From a virus (lineage: Duplodnaviria > Caudoviricetes), in IMG/VR virus record IMGVR_UViG_3300028591_000176, positions 1-64,000 of that record: a stretch of 64,000 nt of DNA, one strand, 5' to 3'. The notes under the pieces were generated by a model that worked only from the letters and a program-made list of their open reading frames with translations, made no database searches and had not been told where the DNA came from. The number at the start of each line of letters is the position of its first letter. Positions within the stretch are counted from its first letter, which is position 1. This document shows positions 38,901 to 48,579 of this stretch, in pieces. A program made the translations under genes and the position numbers.

Positions 38901-40032
38901 TGTTCCTGGTACTAACAAAATAAGGATGTGTTTCAGGGGTGACGTCGGTTCTTTGGTGACTGCCAATACTATTAAATGTGGCCCTATTGCAAGTTTTGTG
39001 AATGCTGCCAGTAATCAGGATGTGGTTTCTCTTAATGGCGGTTTGCAGGTGCTGACTAATAAGTTCAAGAATCTGTCGAAGAGAAGGGGTTCTAATGGTG
39101 ATTCCAATGCTGGCAATAAGATTCTGAACTTGCTTTATTTCTCAGACTTGCATAATGGTCAGTCTAGCTTGCAGCGTCTGCTTGGCTTTGCAGATACTTT
39201 TGACACTTATATTGATGATGTGGTACATGGCGGTGATATGGTGAGTAACCTCTTTAGTGATACTAACCCATTCGCTGTCCTTGGAGGCAGTAAAGTGCTT
39301 ACTGTCATAGGCAATCATGACAACTGGCTTGGCAGTAGCAGCATGGCTCCTCAGCTGGATGTGTTCAACAAGTTTATAAAGCCTTACTATCAGGCATGGG
39401 GTGTTACTGTTCCAAGTGATGCTGAGACTGAGGGTTACTGCTATTGGTATAAGGACTATGACGAAAGCAAGCTGAGACTTATTGGTCTTGACTGCATGAA
39501 TTGGGACAGCACTCAGGCTGCATGGCTTAGTGATGTACTTGATGATGCTTATGCTGACGGCTATTCTGTGATTATTCTAAATCACTACTGTCCTCACACT
39601 TCCTTCAAGTCTGACAGGCAGTGTACTTTCTCTACTGTCTATGTAAATGGCTGCAGTAATTTCCTTAACTCTGAGGCAGCAGGTATTGTGCACTCCAAGA
39701 TTGAGGGAGGATTGAAGTTTGTGGTATGGCTCTTTGGCCATGAACACAAGGACTTCTTTGGTAATATTGAGACTTATCCTGAGCAGTATGCTCTTGCCAT
39801 TGATAAGACCTCGCCTACTTCTGACTGGACATCTGCTAATCCTGACTGGGAAAGAGACTCTATAAGAGTGTCTACGGGCAGGTCTCAGGATGCCTTTGAT
39901 GTTATCTCTGTTGACACTACTGCAGGTATTCTTACTGTTATGAGGATTGGCAATAATACAGATAAGTTTATGCGCCAGAAGAACTATCTGACATTTGACT
40001 ATGTAAATCATAAGATTGTTGGAAACTCTTAG
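35989..40032 (+). CDS. Mosaic tail fibre/spike with CBM-like module, tandem internal repeat and C-terminal metallophosphoesterase
   Basis: Fibre-type N-terminus; W...Y..GD.V.Y...Y.C..AH (CBM5/12-like) near 37650; two ~140-aa repeats starting 38221 and 38650; calcineurin-like motifs DLH, GD, GNHD, GHEH. Confidence 0.8.
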   Translation: MDISKIQINNVNYNLKDASAIASGIYDSSSQKIVFKNKDNVVVCQIDATPFIVDGMVSNVAVSNGNLVITFNTDAGKSPISIPLTDIFNPAEYYTKIGYFVCDTAANTAAKTINAAGFVLSTGGSIKIKMTNDNTANNATLNINSTGAKPLYYAGLRASSDNTWESGETIEVYYDGTNYMANNVAGGGGDGVFDVSAKTGDTYESLSAALTAMDALPSAYKKGGMSIKYIQSSDNNSVYVQYRLMTQNFTTDTSKWQGVDDKPTNGSVNLVQSGGVAESTGRLVRHYTINSGSTHSSQADKIDVDIKTGELFFVMVSVSGTVYANPGTSDVNLGNVSANRYYRFTAAQDITSIGVYNPQQSSTVTVTFEVLVGLAAIAYNTTIKDTEPIVGSNNFITSGGVAKMKMHMPYISFVGIGDTFKPGDVFSDLLPGHKVRIYMGSTSWNYGTTNTVAFVFRIILTINGAEQYPLGNNYYYRSGLVLPEYFDVDIPSTFVNGRDSLHIGGRAAQGVEVGAIIEDTTYYNTSIVPVQNNISALQGKTTNCINDAVHTIPSWASNKSYALGDFVVYDNNFYSCHVAHTSGSTFESANFFKWNLRDIIEKDAPMAQICKKTSSSNYYLHRIGSYAIPFNFHKNHTYRFIIEGLNGERQVAQIQARTKYDQSSDGGIVTLLSNKGDGTYDVKYTNDVEGIFINVVLSAQSNTEIPAVCPTIFMYDITAVADVVSSVQSIEADMPDVMEQVDKTIDVYTFIGNIPTQGGTATVNRDITVEQGKRYAVKLTDVVWTADNLSTAYNVFYIVDMNGTTPASSAIPGTTFNRPSDVPSDGIIRFVPGTNKVRICYRGDVGSSMVAATVKRGSLTNTVDDIDDAVDDIEKDMQYVSNQVGGSIDVYDFKGNIVQSSYEPTVDHDITVEQGKEYVVMLAINTWTTDNMKSSTNVFYIRNMNGTTQGSAIAGTTFNRPSNIPSDGIRFVPGTNKIRMCFRGDVGSLVTANTIKCGPIASFVNAASNQDVVSLNGGLQVLTNKFKNLSKRRGSNGDSNAGNKILNLLYFSDLHNGQSSLQRLLGFADTFDTYIDDVVHGGDMVSNLFSDTNPFAVLGGSKVLTVIGNHDNWLGSSSMAPQLDVFNKFIKPYYQAWGVTVPSDAETEGYCYWYKDYDESKLRLIGLDCMNWDSTQAAWLSDVLDDAYADGYSVIILNHYCPHTSFKSDRQCTFSTVYVNGCSNFLNSEAAGIVHSKIEGGLKFVVWLFGHEHKDFFGNIETYPEQYALAIDKTSPTSDWTSANPDWERDSIRVSTGRSQDAFDVISVDTTAGILTVMRIGNNTDKFMRQKNYLTFDYVNHKIVGNS

Positions 40033-40035
40033 GTT

Positions 40036-40119
40036 ATGAGCAGCTGGTTTATAAGACGTGCTAATGTGGTTAACTCGGCGGGAGGGAGGCTTCCTGCTGA
40101 GTTTACTGAGTTATTGTAA
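40036..40119 (+). pseudogene. Truncated remnant of a tail accessory gene (MSSWFIRRANVVNSAGGRLPAEFTELL*)
   Basis: Ends just inside the LPxxFxEL motif that begins the repeated domain of 47272..48564. Confidence 0.55.
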
Positions 40120-40237
40120 TAAGTAGGTACGTAATGGTAGGCCGTTTGGTTAGTCTCTATAGATATGGAATATGTTGTAGTAATAATGATTGGTAATGAA
40201 CATCTGTTCTACGATGATGCTACGAGCTAACAGATAG

Positions 40238-40270
40238 ATAAAAGAGGAGCACCAGAAAGCTCCTCTTTAT
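40238..40270 (+). terminator. Intrinsic terminator
   Basis: AAAGAGGAGC...GCTCCTCTTT stem. Confidence 0.75.
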
Positions 40271-40304
40271 AAAAAACATATTAGTAAATTTAAACAAAAA
40301 AACA

Positions 40305-43300
40305 ATGGCGGTAAAAAAAACTGGGCTAAATATAGCATTTCCAATATACAATGCAGATGGCACTTCTTTTCATAACCTTGTAATACGCAAGGCATCTTAT
40401 GAAAGTGTTGTCATGTCGCTCGGAGACAAGATAACTGGTGATGTTTATTACAAGGACAACACTCTTGTTGTGACGATGCAAGAGTATATTGTTTACGAAG
40501 GCGTACACTACCAACTTGTAAGCCCGCCGACAATAGTACGCGAAGGCATGGTCTCCGACAACGGAGACCTCAAAGGAATGACCAAATATTCCTTTGTGTT
40601 CCATCATCCGATGTACATCCTTTCAAACCTCCCTTTTTCTGACATAGCTGTTAATAATAGCGAAGAAAAATACCTTTCGCAGAGCAAGACTTTTAGTTGG
40701 ATAGGCAGACTACAAGACTTTATCGCAAAGATAAATGCAAACCTTGAAGGTACACAGTGGCATGCCATGTATAAGCCTAGTTCGGCAACATCTAAGGCAA
40801 GCGAGTTAAGCGAGGTGCTTTCTTTTGATAAAAACACTATTGCAGATGCTTTGAAAAATGCGTATGACACTTGGGAAGTTCCATTCATAATAATAAACTA
40901 CGATGGCATGCTTCCAATGGCATACAAAAGGCTTGAATATGTCAAGATAGAGGAAATAAGACAACTTGTGTCTGGTGAAGAATCCCCGTTGTTTTTGTTT
41001 TTGAACAACTTGCCGTCAGTCATTGCAGATGACAATAGGATATATTATAGCAAGATATACAACGGAGACGAACTTGTTCTTCATCTTATTCCTTGCATGA
41101 ATAGTACTAATGATGTTGGTCTTTACGATGCTGTGTCTGGCAACGCTTTTTGGAGCAACACAGACGTTACATTTTCTGCTGGAAACGTAATTGGTTACGG
41201 GAAAAACTATGAAATAATCTTTGGTTTACCGTCTAATGAAATTTATGGCGAAAACGGAGAAGTGTTTGTTTTTAAGTTCGGAAAGGGAGTCGGTTTAAAA
41301 AATAATTCGCGCACACCGAGAAACAACAAGATAGTAACGCGCATTGTCGGTGCTGGTGCTGAAAGAAATGTGCCTTATGGCTATCCTCAAATTTTGTGGA
41401 CTGGCAACCAAGCATGGAACTACACCATTGATAACGATTCTACAAATCCCAATTCATACCCTATCTACAATGGTATTGTCGGCGGTGTAAAAGTGCGGCT
41501 TATCAAGCATCCTTTCACACGCTCTAGGCTTATGCCGTCTGTGTATGTAGATACTGTAAACAAAAAGGTAAACCCACGGGCAACAGGCTACAATCCACAA
41601 ATAGAGATTATAGACTACTATGATGCGCCGCAGTCATATCCCAATCCGTTCAATGCTCTTACGCCTAGTGTAGAGATTCATGAGTTTGATGACATATATC
41701 CAGAGCTTGGTGAAGCAATGATTGTAGATGCCGTTCCTTGGGATGAGCCAAAGAATGCTAGCGGGGAGTCTTATGGTCAGTATATATCATGGAACGACTT
41801 TGTTAACGTGATGCTCGGGTATATGGATAACAACCGCACACAGCGTGAATATGATGCACTGAACAACATGTTAGCCAATATGACACTTGGTGATGCAAGC
41901 GGGCAAGATGCATTCAATGGCGGTTCTTACACCTACCAATGGTACTTTAGCAGCGATGCTGATTTCTTCTATGCAAAGTACATATCGGATAATGTCAACT
42001 TTGAATATGCCATCCTGAAAGATGAGCATGTGATGCCGACTCCGACATGGAATGATGACATGGACGAGAATGGCAATTATATTCAAAATTACTTTAAGAT
42101 GACATTGCCCGTGTTGTCGTTTGACTTGTATGCAAGCGCATCGATAACAGAGAAGATGGATATCTATATGCGTGGTGGCGCATGCATGGGGTGTACATTC
42201 CCGATAGAAGTGGATTGGGAAGATTATAAGGCAAATTTCTACGATAGCGATGGAAACTTTGACCCAGTTATAGGACAAGGCCATCCGCGTGACGAAGAAA
42301 AGTATCCTGACACATCACAACAGAGTGTTACGTTTATCGTCAAGAAAGAGATAGACACCTTTGGTACGCTCATGCCTAATATCTATCAACAACCGCATGC
42401 TGGCGATGAGTTTGTTATCCTTGGCATATCCTTGCCGACGACATACATCAGTGACGCAGAGTCGCGGCTGGATGATGCCATGATGGAGTATATGCTTGAA
42501 AACAACGTTCATTACTATGACTACCCGTTAAAGTTTGACGAGCATTTCCTTGCCACGCACACGGATATACTAGAACAGATACACAACAATACCATTGTTC
42601 GTTTTAAGTACGCAAACACAAACATGACATTGTATGTAAAGCAGATTTCCATTAAGTATGGTGAACAACCTCTGCCTAAGTACGACATAACACTTACGGA
42701 CGATGTTGAGATTGTTCTTAATCAAATAGGGCAGGTTACTGATGATGTTAGCCGTATTCGCGTCCAGATGTCTGAGTTGCAAAAGTACTATGGAGAGAAT
42801 GTTGTTGAAGAGATAAATTCCAAACTCAGCCGCATCAGTGATGATGTTGCGCAAGGCAGGATAACATTCCAGCAGGGGCTAAACGCCATCGGCAATGTTA
42901 TCTTGAACGATGAGATAAAAAGTGATGTCTATGATACAGGCTTGTACACGGGGCGCGGCTGGAGAATAGACCATTTGGGTAATGCCGAAATGGAATCATT
43001 AAAAGTACGTTCTTACCTTGAAGTGGTCGAGCTGCTTGTCAATAGGATGCGGGCACAAGAAGGCGATACGATGTTTACTGATAACGACCAGATAGACAAG
43101 GTTGAGCCGTTTTACGAACATGTGTTAATGCATCAGGGGGATAACCCAAAATTGAATAATTGGTATGAACGCAGCTTGGTTGACGGAGATTACGTTTATA
43201 CACTAACAGATGACACCACCATAGAGGTCGGCAAAGAATATTTTTATATTTCATCATACATACTATCTCTTAAAGAAAAATATGATGGATATGTCACTCC

Positions 43301-46300
43301 GCAGCAATTCGGCAATATCCTCAAAGGAACGATAAATACGCTAGCAGCAAAACAGGCTGGAATAAGCAATGTTACTGGCGGTGATGGCACGGATGCAGGC
43401 GGCAACAAATATTTCACATCATGGATGCGTGTCGTTGACACACACACCACAAGCCCAAGTTCTCTTGCCGTTAACCAAATAAAAGTCGTTCTTTATGGCG
43501 ACAATGATGTTCCAGCAGACACAAACTTTGTCCCATGTGAGCTGATGACTATTGCCCGTTGGGGGTGCGCTCTTGACCCGAGCGAAGAAGGCATTAGTAA
43601 TGCCGAAAAAGAAAGTCGCAGAAGCAGGCAGAATAGCTTTTATATAAGCACAAGCGAAGGCCGTATCGTCAAGCTTGTCGGTGTTAACAAGCCCATTTTG
43701 GAGAACTGGAACTATGGCACTACACTTGGCTTACTGCCAGACTTTGTTAAGAACTATGGTAATGTTCGTGAACGCATTATCGAAGGGCGTGACTATCTGT
43801 ATGCACAAGGTGTTGTTGTTGGAGATTTTATAAAGGTAAACGTTCAAGGCCAACCAATATCTACTATTGTTGATTGCGGCGACTGGGTGAACGGAAGTAC
43901 CGCACAAAACCCGACGGTAGGTAACGGGATATACTTATGCAATGAATACAACGAAAATACACTTCAATATGAAACACATAGGGTAAGACATAATAATGCT
44001 ATATGGCAATGCCTTCAACACCAACCAGTAAGTAATGGCGGTGTAAGCACGTATTATGAACCAAAGTCTGGTAGCCCATATTGGCAGCTTGTTGATGGCG
44101 TTGTAAGGTATAGCCTATTGCCTAGTGTTTCAGGCGTTGTATACAACCCCAATAATCAAACTTATAGTCCAACTACTGTTTATTGCTCGTATAGTAAATT
44201 TGTAGGAGAAGAAGAAATTGTTTCGCAAGATGATGCTAAAATTTACTATACAAAAGATAATGATACGCAGGAGTTTGAGTACACTTCTAGTGGTGTAAGT
44301 GCTGGCTCTGACGGTTTTACTACTAAAGTTACCTTTTTGTTAAAGGTTGGTAATAGTATTTTAGATAAGAAGAGCGTATCTGTTGTGCGTGACGGAACGA
44401 ATGGCGGTAGCGGAGACAACTCTACATGGTATGAAATTCGTACGTCTGTAGAAACAATTAAAATTACCAAGCCGCAAACAAGTGTTACAACATCGGTAGT
44501 TGCCACATTTTTCTGTCACGACGGCAGGAATGCACCACAAACTGTGGAAAAGTATTATGGAGTTTACAAGCGGAAGGGGAATGTATACGTCCAATTAAGC
44601 CACAATATAGATGATGGCGTGAATCAGCAAGCAACTTTTTCTGTTGTTGACTATGACGCGCTTGTATTTGTTATTGCGGATAGTACTTTTGCTCCATACG
44701 GAAGCGAAATTCCTAGCACGTATCTTGCTAAAAAAGAAGTTCCAGTTGTTGCAGATGGAGAGGATGGCGATGGCGCACACTCTATTCGCCGTTGGCTGCA
44801 AGTAACTCCTGAATCAATCAATGTTCTTGCCAATGGTAAAACTGAAGAATCCATGCGCCTAAGAATAGAAGCATGGGAACAGGTCGATGACAACACACCA
44901 ACAAGAAAGTCAGAAAGTGATTACTCTGATTTGCACGTTTATTACACTGGTGTAATTAAAAACGCTAATGGCGGGGATGTAATTTCAGCACCAAAGGCTT
45001 ATGGAGCGTATAAGATTGACGCAGACCAAGGAGACAACGAGTTTGTTTGGTATAATTGGGGGTGGCAAGCAAACGAGACAGGGGGGATTGTCGCCGCAAA
45101 CGCAAACATCATTGAAACATTAGAAGTAACTTGGTATGTAGATAGCTCTCTTACTGCTTACTATGATAAAAAAGAAATTGTTGTCAACAGAAAAGGCGAC
45201 ATGGGGCGTAACTACTATTATGCGGGCGAGTATGACCAAAACGAAGATTATTTGCTTACTGATTACGAAGCACCTTTTGTTAGCTATGACATTAACAACA
45301 TTACAAGGTATTATGTTCGCGTGGGTGCTAGTGGAACTATAAGCACTATTGACCCGTGGAATGACAATGATGGCGTTTACTGGGAGTTGATGACATCAGA
45401 CTTTAAGTATGTCATTGCAGAGGCTGTGTTTAGCAACTTTGCAAAGCTAGGCTCTTCTATTTTCAACAAGGACTATATGTTCTCACAGTACTGCTACGCC
45501 AAAGGCTTGGGCGGTATCAAAATGGATATACCATCGCTGTCATATAGCAGCATAACTTACTACAATAAAATCGACCCCAATGATGTTTTTGGCGAAGGTG
45601 ATATGTATATGCCAACGTCAGTATTTAATATCTACGACATCCAAACGGCTATTGGTTCTAGAACTGAAAATTATGAAGTAGATAATGATAATTGGGACGC
45701 AAGCAAATGCTCCGTTGCGACAAACCCAGAGATTAATGCTGGAGAATACTACACATTACAAATAAATGCATCGGTCGTTGACGGCACTCTTGATTTTTCA
45801 GTTGCAAAAGAGATTAGCGGCAGCGCGTTGTCTGACTCTATTTACGACGGGAGCATACAAGCAACCGCACAAGCATCGTTCTTTAGCTTTTATTATATAT
45901 TTAGAGCTTCGTCAAGCGGCGTGTTCAGCGTATATTTTAGGCGGCAGAATTCAACATCAATATCCCAAATAAAAGACATCTATTTAAGACCATGTAAGTA
46001 TGTGCCACAAATGGCAATGAACTTGTTGACGGGAAAAGCGGCATTCAACGACATTGATGCCCATGGAACATTACATGCCGATAGCTTGTCTTACGACAAC
46101 GTACTTTCTAACAACAATAACGACACGTTAAGGGTAGATGGCGAATCTATTGTTACGTTAGGCTCTGCTGCCGTAGGCACACGTATAATTTTACCAACGC
46201 CAGCAACATGCAAAGGAAGAAAGATAGAAATATATAGCATAATCCCAACATCTTCACAATGGTACGTAACATGGGATGGTGCTAATAGTTCAGCACAGTT

Positions 46301-46484
46301 TTATTCCATGCCTACGACGTCTGGGTACAACGGTTACGTGGAGTCACACCGTGTGGTGGATGGTTTTGGAGGGACATCATACTTGTTGGTGTATTCAGAT
46401 GGCGATAAATGGATAATACTAAAGCAAGAAACAGTATTCTCGTCTGATGGTAAACGATGGATTCTTAATGCGTTATTTCCTTAA
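40305..46484 (+). CDS. Tail hub/central fibre protein (2059 aa)
   Basis: N-terminal hub-like region (KIVTRIVGAGAERNVP), central coiled segment, beta-rich distal domains; position in the tail module. Confidence 0.75.
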   Translation: MAVKKTGLNIAFPIYNADGTSFHNLVIRKASYESVVMSLGDKITGDVYYKDNTLVVTMQEYIVYEGVHYQLVSPPTIVREGMVSDNGDLKGMTKYSFVFHHPMYILSNLPFSDIAVNNSEEKYLSQSKTFSWIGRLQDFIAKINANLEGTQWHAMYKPSSATSKASELSEVLSFDKNTIADALKNAYDTWEVPFIIINYDGMLPMAYKRLEYVKIEEIRQLVSGEESPLFLFLNNLPSVIADDNRIYYSKIYNGDELVLHLIPCMNSTNDVGLYDAVSGNAFWSNTDVTFSAGNVIGYGKNYEIIFGLPSNEIYGENGEVFVFKFGKGVGLKNNSRTPRNNKIVTRIVGAGAERNVPYGYPQILWTGNQAWNYTIDNDSTNPNSYPIYNGIVGGVKVRLIKHPFTRSRLMPSVYVDTVNKKVNPRATGYNPQIEIIDYYDAPQSYPNPFNALTPSVEIHEFDDIYPELGEAMIVDAVPWDEPKNASGESYGQYISWNDFVNVMLGYMDNNRTQREYDALNNMLANMTLGDASGQDAFNGGSYTYQWYFSSDADFFYAKYISDNVNFEYAILKDEHVMPTPTWNDDMDENGNYIQNYFKMTLPVLSFDLYASASITEKMDIYMRGGACMGCTFPIEVDWEDYKANFYDSDGNFDPVIGQGHPRDEEKYPDTSQQSVTFIVKKEIDTFGTLMPNIYQQPHAGDEFVILGISLPTTYISDAESRLDDAMMEYMLENNVHYYDYPLKFDEHFLATHTDILEQIHNNTIVRFKYANTNMTLYVKQISIKYGEQPLPKYDITLTDDVEIVLNQIGQVTDDVSRIRVQMSELQKYYGENVVEEINSKLSRISDDVAQGRITFQQGLNAIGNVILNDEIKSDVYDTGLYTGRGWRIDHLGNAEMESLKVRSYLEVVELLVNRMRAQEGDTMFTDNDQIDKVEPFYEHVLMHQGDNPKLNNWYERSLVDGDYVYTLTDDTTIEVGKEYFYISSYILSLKEKYDGYVTPQQFGNILKGTINTLAAKQAGISNVTGGDGTDAGGNKYFTSWMRVVDTHTTSPSSLAVNQIKVVLYGDNDVPADTNFVPCELMTIARWGCALDPSEEGISNAEKESRRSRQNSFYISTSEGRIVKLVGVNKPILENWNYGTTLGLLPDFVKNYGNVRERIIEGRDYLYAQGVVVGDFIKVNVQGQPISTIVDCGDWVNGSTAQNPTVGNGIYLCNEYNENTLQYETHRVRHNNAIWQCLQHQPVSNGGVSTYYEPKSGSPYWQLVDGVVRYSLLPSVSGVVYNPNNQTYSPTTVYCSYSKFVGEEEIVSQDDAKIYYTKDNDTQEFEYTSSGVSAGSDGFTTKVTFLLKVGNSILDKKSVSVVRDGTNGGSGDNSTWYEIRTSVETIKITKPQTSVTTSVVATFFCHDGRNAPQTVEKYYGVYKRKGNVYVQLSHNIDDGVNQQATFSVVDYDALVFVIADSTFAPYGSEIPSTYLAKKEVPVVADGEDGDGAHSIRRWLQVTPESINVLANGKTEESMRLRIEAWEQVDDNTPTRKSESDYSDLHVYYTGVIKNANGGDVISAPKAYGAYKIDADQGDNEFVWYNWGWQANETGGIVAANANIIETLEVTWYVDSSLTAYYDKKEIVVNRKGDMGRNYYYAGEYDQNEDYLLTDYEAPFVSYDINNITRYYVRVGASGTISTIDPWNDNDGVYWELMTSDFKYVIAEAVFSNFAKLGSSIFNKDYMFSQYCYAKGLGGIKMDIPSLSYSSITYYNKIDPNDVFGEGDMYMPTSVFNIYDIQTAIGSRTENYEVDNDNWDASKCSVATNPEINAGEYYTLQINASVVDGTLDFSVAKEISGSALSDSIYDGSIQATAQASFFSFYYIFRASSSGVFSVYFRRQNSTSISQIKDIYLRPCKYVPQMAMNLLTGKAAFNDIDAHGTLHADSLSYDNVLSNNNNDTLRVDGESIVTLGSAAVGTRIILPTPATCKGRKIEIYSIIPTSSQWYVTWDGANSSAQFYSMPTTSGYNGYVESHRVVDGFGGTSYLLVYSDGDKWIILKQETVFSSDGKRWILNALFP

Positions 46485-46500
46485 TATAATTGTATAAGAC

Positions 46501-46845
46501 ATGAAAATAGTGTATAATAACATCTTTCCAGCCCGTGGCTATATAGCAATGACTATATGGCCGTGGGTTTTTGTCCGCAAAAAAGACAAGTATACGGACG
46601 TTGTGGATAATCACGAAAAGATTCATGGCGAGCAGCAAAAGGAAATGCTATTGGTGCTTTACTATTTGCTATACGTTGTTGAATATATCATACGTTTCCT
46701 AATATGCTTTGACCACAAGACGGCATATCGCAGCATAAGCTTTGAGCGTGAAGCGAGGATAAACCAATCGGATATGGCATACGTCTATAACAGGAAACAT
46801 TATGCTTGGGCAAAATATCTATTTACTAAAAACAAAAAGATATGA
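46501..46845 (+). CDS. Small HExxH-motif protein (putative zinc metalloprotease-like)
   Basis: NHEKIH followed by ISFEREA. Confidence 0.55.
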   Translation: MKIVYNNIFPARGYIAMTIWPWVFVRKKDKYTDVVDNHEKIHGEQQKEMLLVLYYLLYVVEYIIRFLICFDHKTAYRSISFEREARINQSDMAYVYNRKHYAWAKYLFTKNKKI

Positions 46846-47108
46846 AGAAACTATTTGAGAACTTGACAGATGGTAGCGTGTGTGCTATCCTGTGTGTATT
46901 GAACTTTGTTATCGTGCTTACAACGGCATTGATTACAAAGGCTTTTAATAATGAGGTGTCTACTTTTGCTGGCGTTGGATTCCTTGTTGGGTTCTTTGCC
47001 ATGTGCGTTGAGTGGGCAACGGTGGGAAACAAACGCGAAAATGCACCCATGTGGTGCGTTGTAGGTGTTATAGTAGGTAGTGTTTACGCTTATTTACTTG
47101 GAGTATAA
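46842..47108 (+). CDS. Small three-TM membrane protein (holin candidate)
   Basis: 88 aa with three hydrophobic segments. Confidence 0.55.
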   Translation: MKKLFENLTDGSVCAILCVLNFVIVLTTALITKAFNNEVSTFAGVGFLVGFFAMCVEWATVGNKRENAPMWCVVGVIVGSVYAYLLGV

Positions 47109-47112
47109 GATT

Positions 47113-47256
47113 ATGGAGAAAGCACTTCTGGAAAACGCGCTGAAAGAGCTGTGCGCGGTCGATACGGTAAGCCTTGCCAATGCGGGCTACCTTGCCTTGG
47201 TGACGGCTGACGGCGTTCCTAGCGGTCATGTTAACGCATCGGTATTAACAACTTAA
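47113..47256 (+). CDS. 47-aa protein resembling the N-terminus of the next gene
   Basis: Hand translation MEKALLENALKELCAVDTVSLANAGYLALVTADGVPSGHVNASVLTT; LVTADGVPSGHV aligns with LVDKDGTPAGHI. Confidence 0.55.
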   Translation: MEKALLENALKELCAVDTVSLANAGYLALVTADGVPSGHVNASVLTT

Positions 47257-47271
47257 ACGGTATATAGAGAT

Positions 47272-48564
47272 ATGGAATTACAGAATTGTATGACTGATAT
47301 GTTGTCCACCTTGGCATCGGGCTTTGGTGACAAGGCTTTGATGCTCGTTGACAAGGACGGCACTCCTGCTGGGCATATCCTTGGAACGGAAATGGTGGGG
47401 GCGATGGAGTATGAAAAGTACAAGAGAAAGTTTGAACATCTGCCGATGGGTTTCGTTGAGTTGGAGTATTTGGAAAGTACGGGTACGCAGTACATTAACA
47501 CTGGGTATGAAATGACGGAAGGAAGTTCTTATAAAATGGAAGTAGACTTGCTACCGTCCGATTATAATACCAACTATTTCTTTAGTTTGGGTGCAGATTA
47601 CATTGGGTATTTCGCAGGTGTCTATAGCGGTGAAATAGGGCTTAATACTGGCGTTACTTTCCCTTCTTCTGGGAGGACTACACTGACGCTCTCTGTTGCA
47701 TCTAATGGCATGGACTGTTCTTTGACCGATGGTACTAACACTGTCACTTATACAAGGTCTAGTGGCAACTATAGCTATAGCCCAATTCTGTTTGGCAGAT
47801 ATACTTCTGCTGCAAACCTTGGAAGGTGTAAGATTTTCTCTGCGAAGATATACAAAGGGGCTACGATGTTGTTTGATTTAGTTCCCGCCATGCGTTCATC
47901 TGATGGCGAGGTGGGCATGTTCGACTTGATTACAGGCGCGTTCTTGACTAATGCTGGTGCTGGTTATTTCAGCTACAAGATTAAAGACTTCCCGCAAGGG
48001 TATACGCAGTTGGCATATATTGGCACGGATGGTTCTTCATGGATTAACACGGGAGTTTCTGGAGGCTCTGACACGCTATCTATAACTTGCGACTTCAAAT
48101 GGAGTACTATGGCAAATTACGCATATATATATGGCAACTATGTTAACGAAAACACGAACACGACCAGACTGCTCTTGTCTAATACTGACAACCGAATGTA
48201 TGCGACCAACAATGCAAAGGCGAACGGAGGTTCCGTCGGCTTTAATTGCGCACGGGGCATTAGGCATAGGATTGTTTCTTCATTCGATAGGGTTATCATC
48301 GATGGGACATCAATGGCTACAAGCGGAACAAAAGGAACGAACAACTCTGGAATTATTGCTTTTTTTAAGAGCAACGTAAATACAGGCGTAATAAATATAG
48401 GGGCGATAATTTACTCTTTTAACATTAAAAGCAATGGTGCTGATGTGCTTAATCTTGTCCCCGCTATGAGAGACTCTGACTCCGAAGTCGGCATGTACGA
48501 CCTTGTGAGCAACACGTTCCTTACCAACGCAGGCACGGGCACTTTCAGTTATGGCGAACTATAA
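47272..48564 (+). CDS. Tail accessory/receptor-binding protein with two tandem beta-sandwich (lectin-like) domains
   Basis: Repeats start at 47440 (LPMGFVELEYLESTGTQYINTG) and 47989 (FPQGYTQLAYIGTDGSSWINTG); both end LVPAMRxSDxEVGMxDL...FLTNAG.G.FSY. Confidence 0.7.
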   Translation: MELQNCMTDMLSTLASGFGDKALMLVDKDGTPAGHILGTEMVGAMEYEKYKRKFEHLPMGFVELEYLESTGTQYINTGYEMTEGSSYKMEVDLLPSDYNTNYFFSLGADYIGYFAGVYSGEIGLNTGVTFPSSGRTTLTLSVASNGMDCSLTDGTNTVTYTRSSGNYSYSPILFGRYTSAANLGRCKIFSAKIYKGATMLFDLVPAMRSSDGEVGMFDLITGAFLTNAGAGYFSYKIKDFPQGYTQLAYIGTDGSSWINTGVSGGSDTLSITCDFKWSTMANYAYIYGNYVNENTNTTRLLLSNTDNRMYATNNAKANGGSVGFNCARGIRHRIVSSFDRVIIDGTSMATSGTKGTNNSGIIAFFKSNVNTGVINIGAIIYSFNIKSNGADVLNLVPAMRDSDSEVGMYDLVSNTFLTNAGTGTFSYGEL

Positions 48565-48579
48565 AAAATCGGAATAAAT

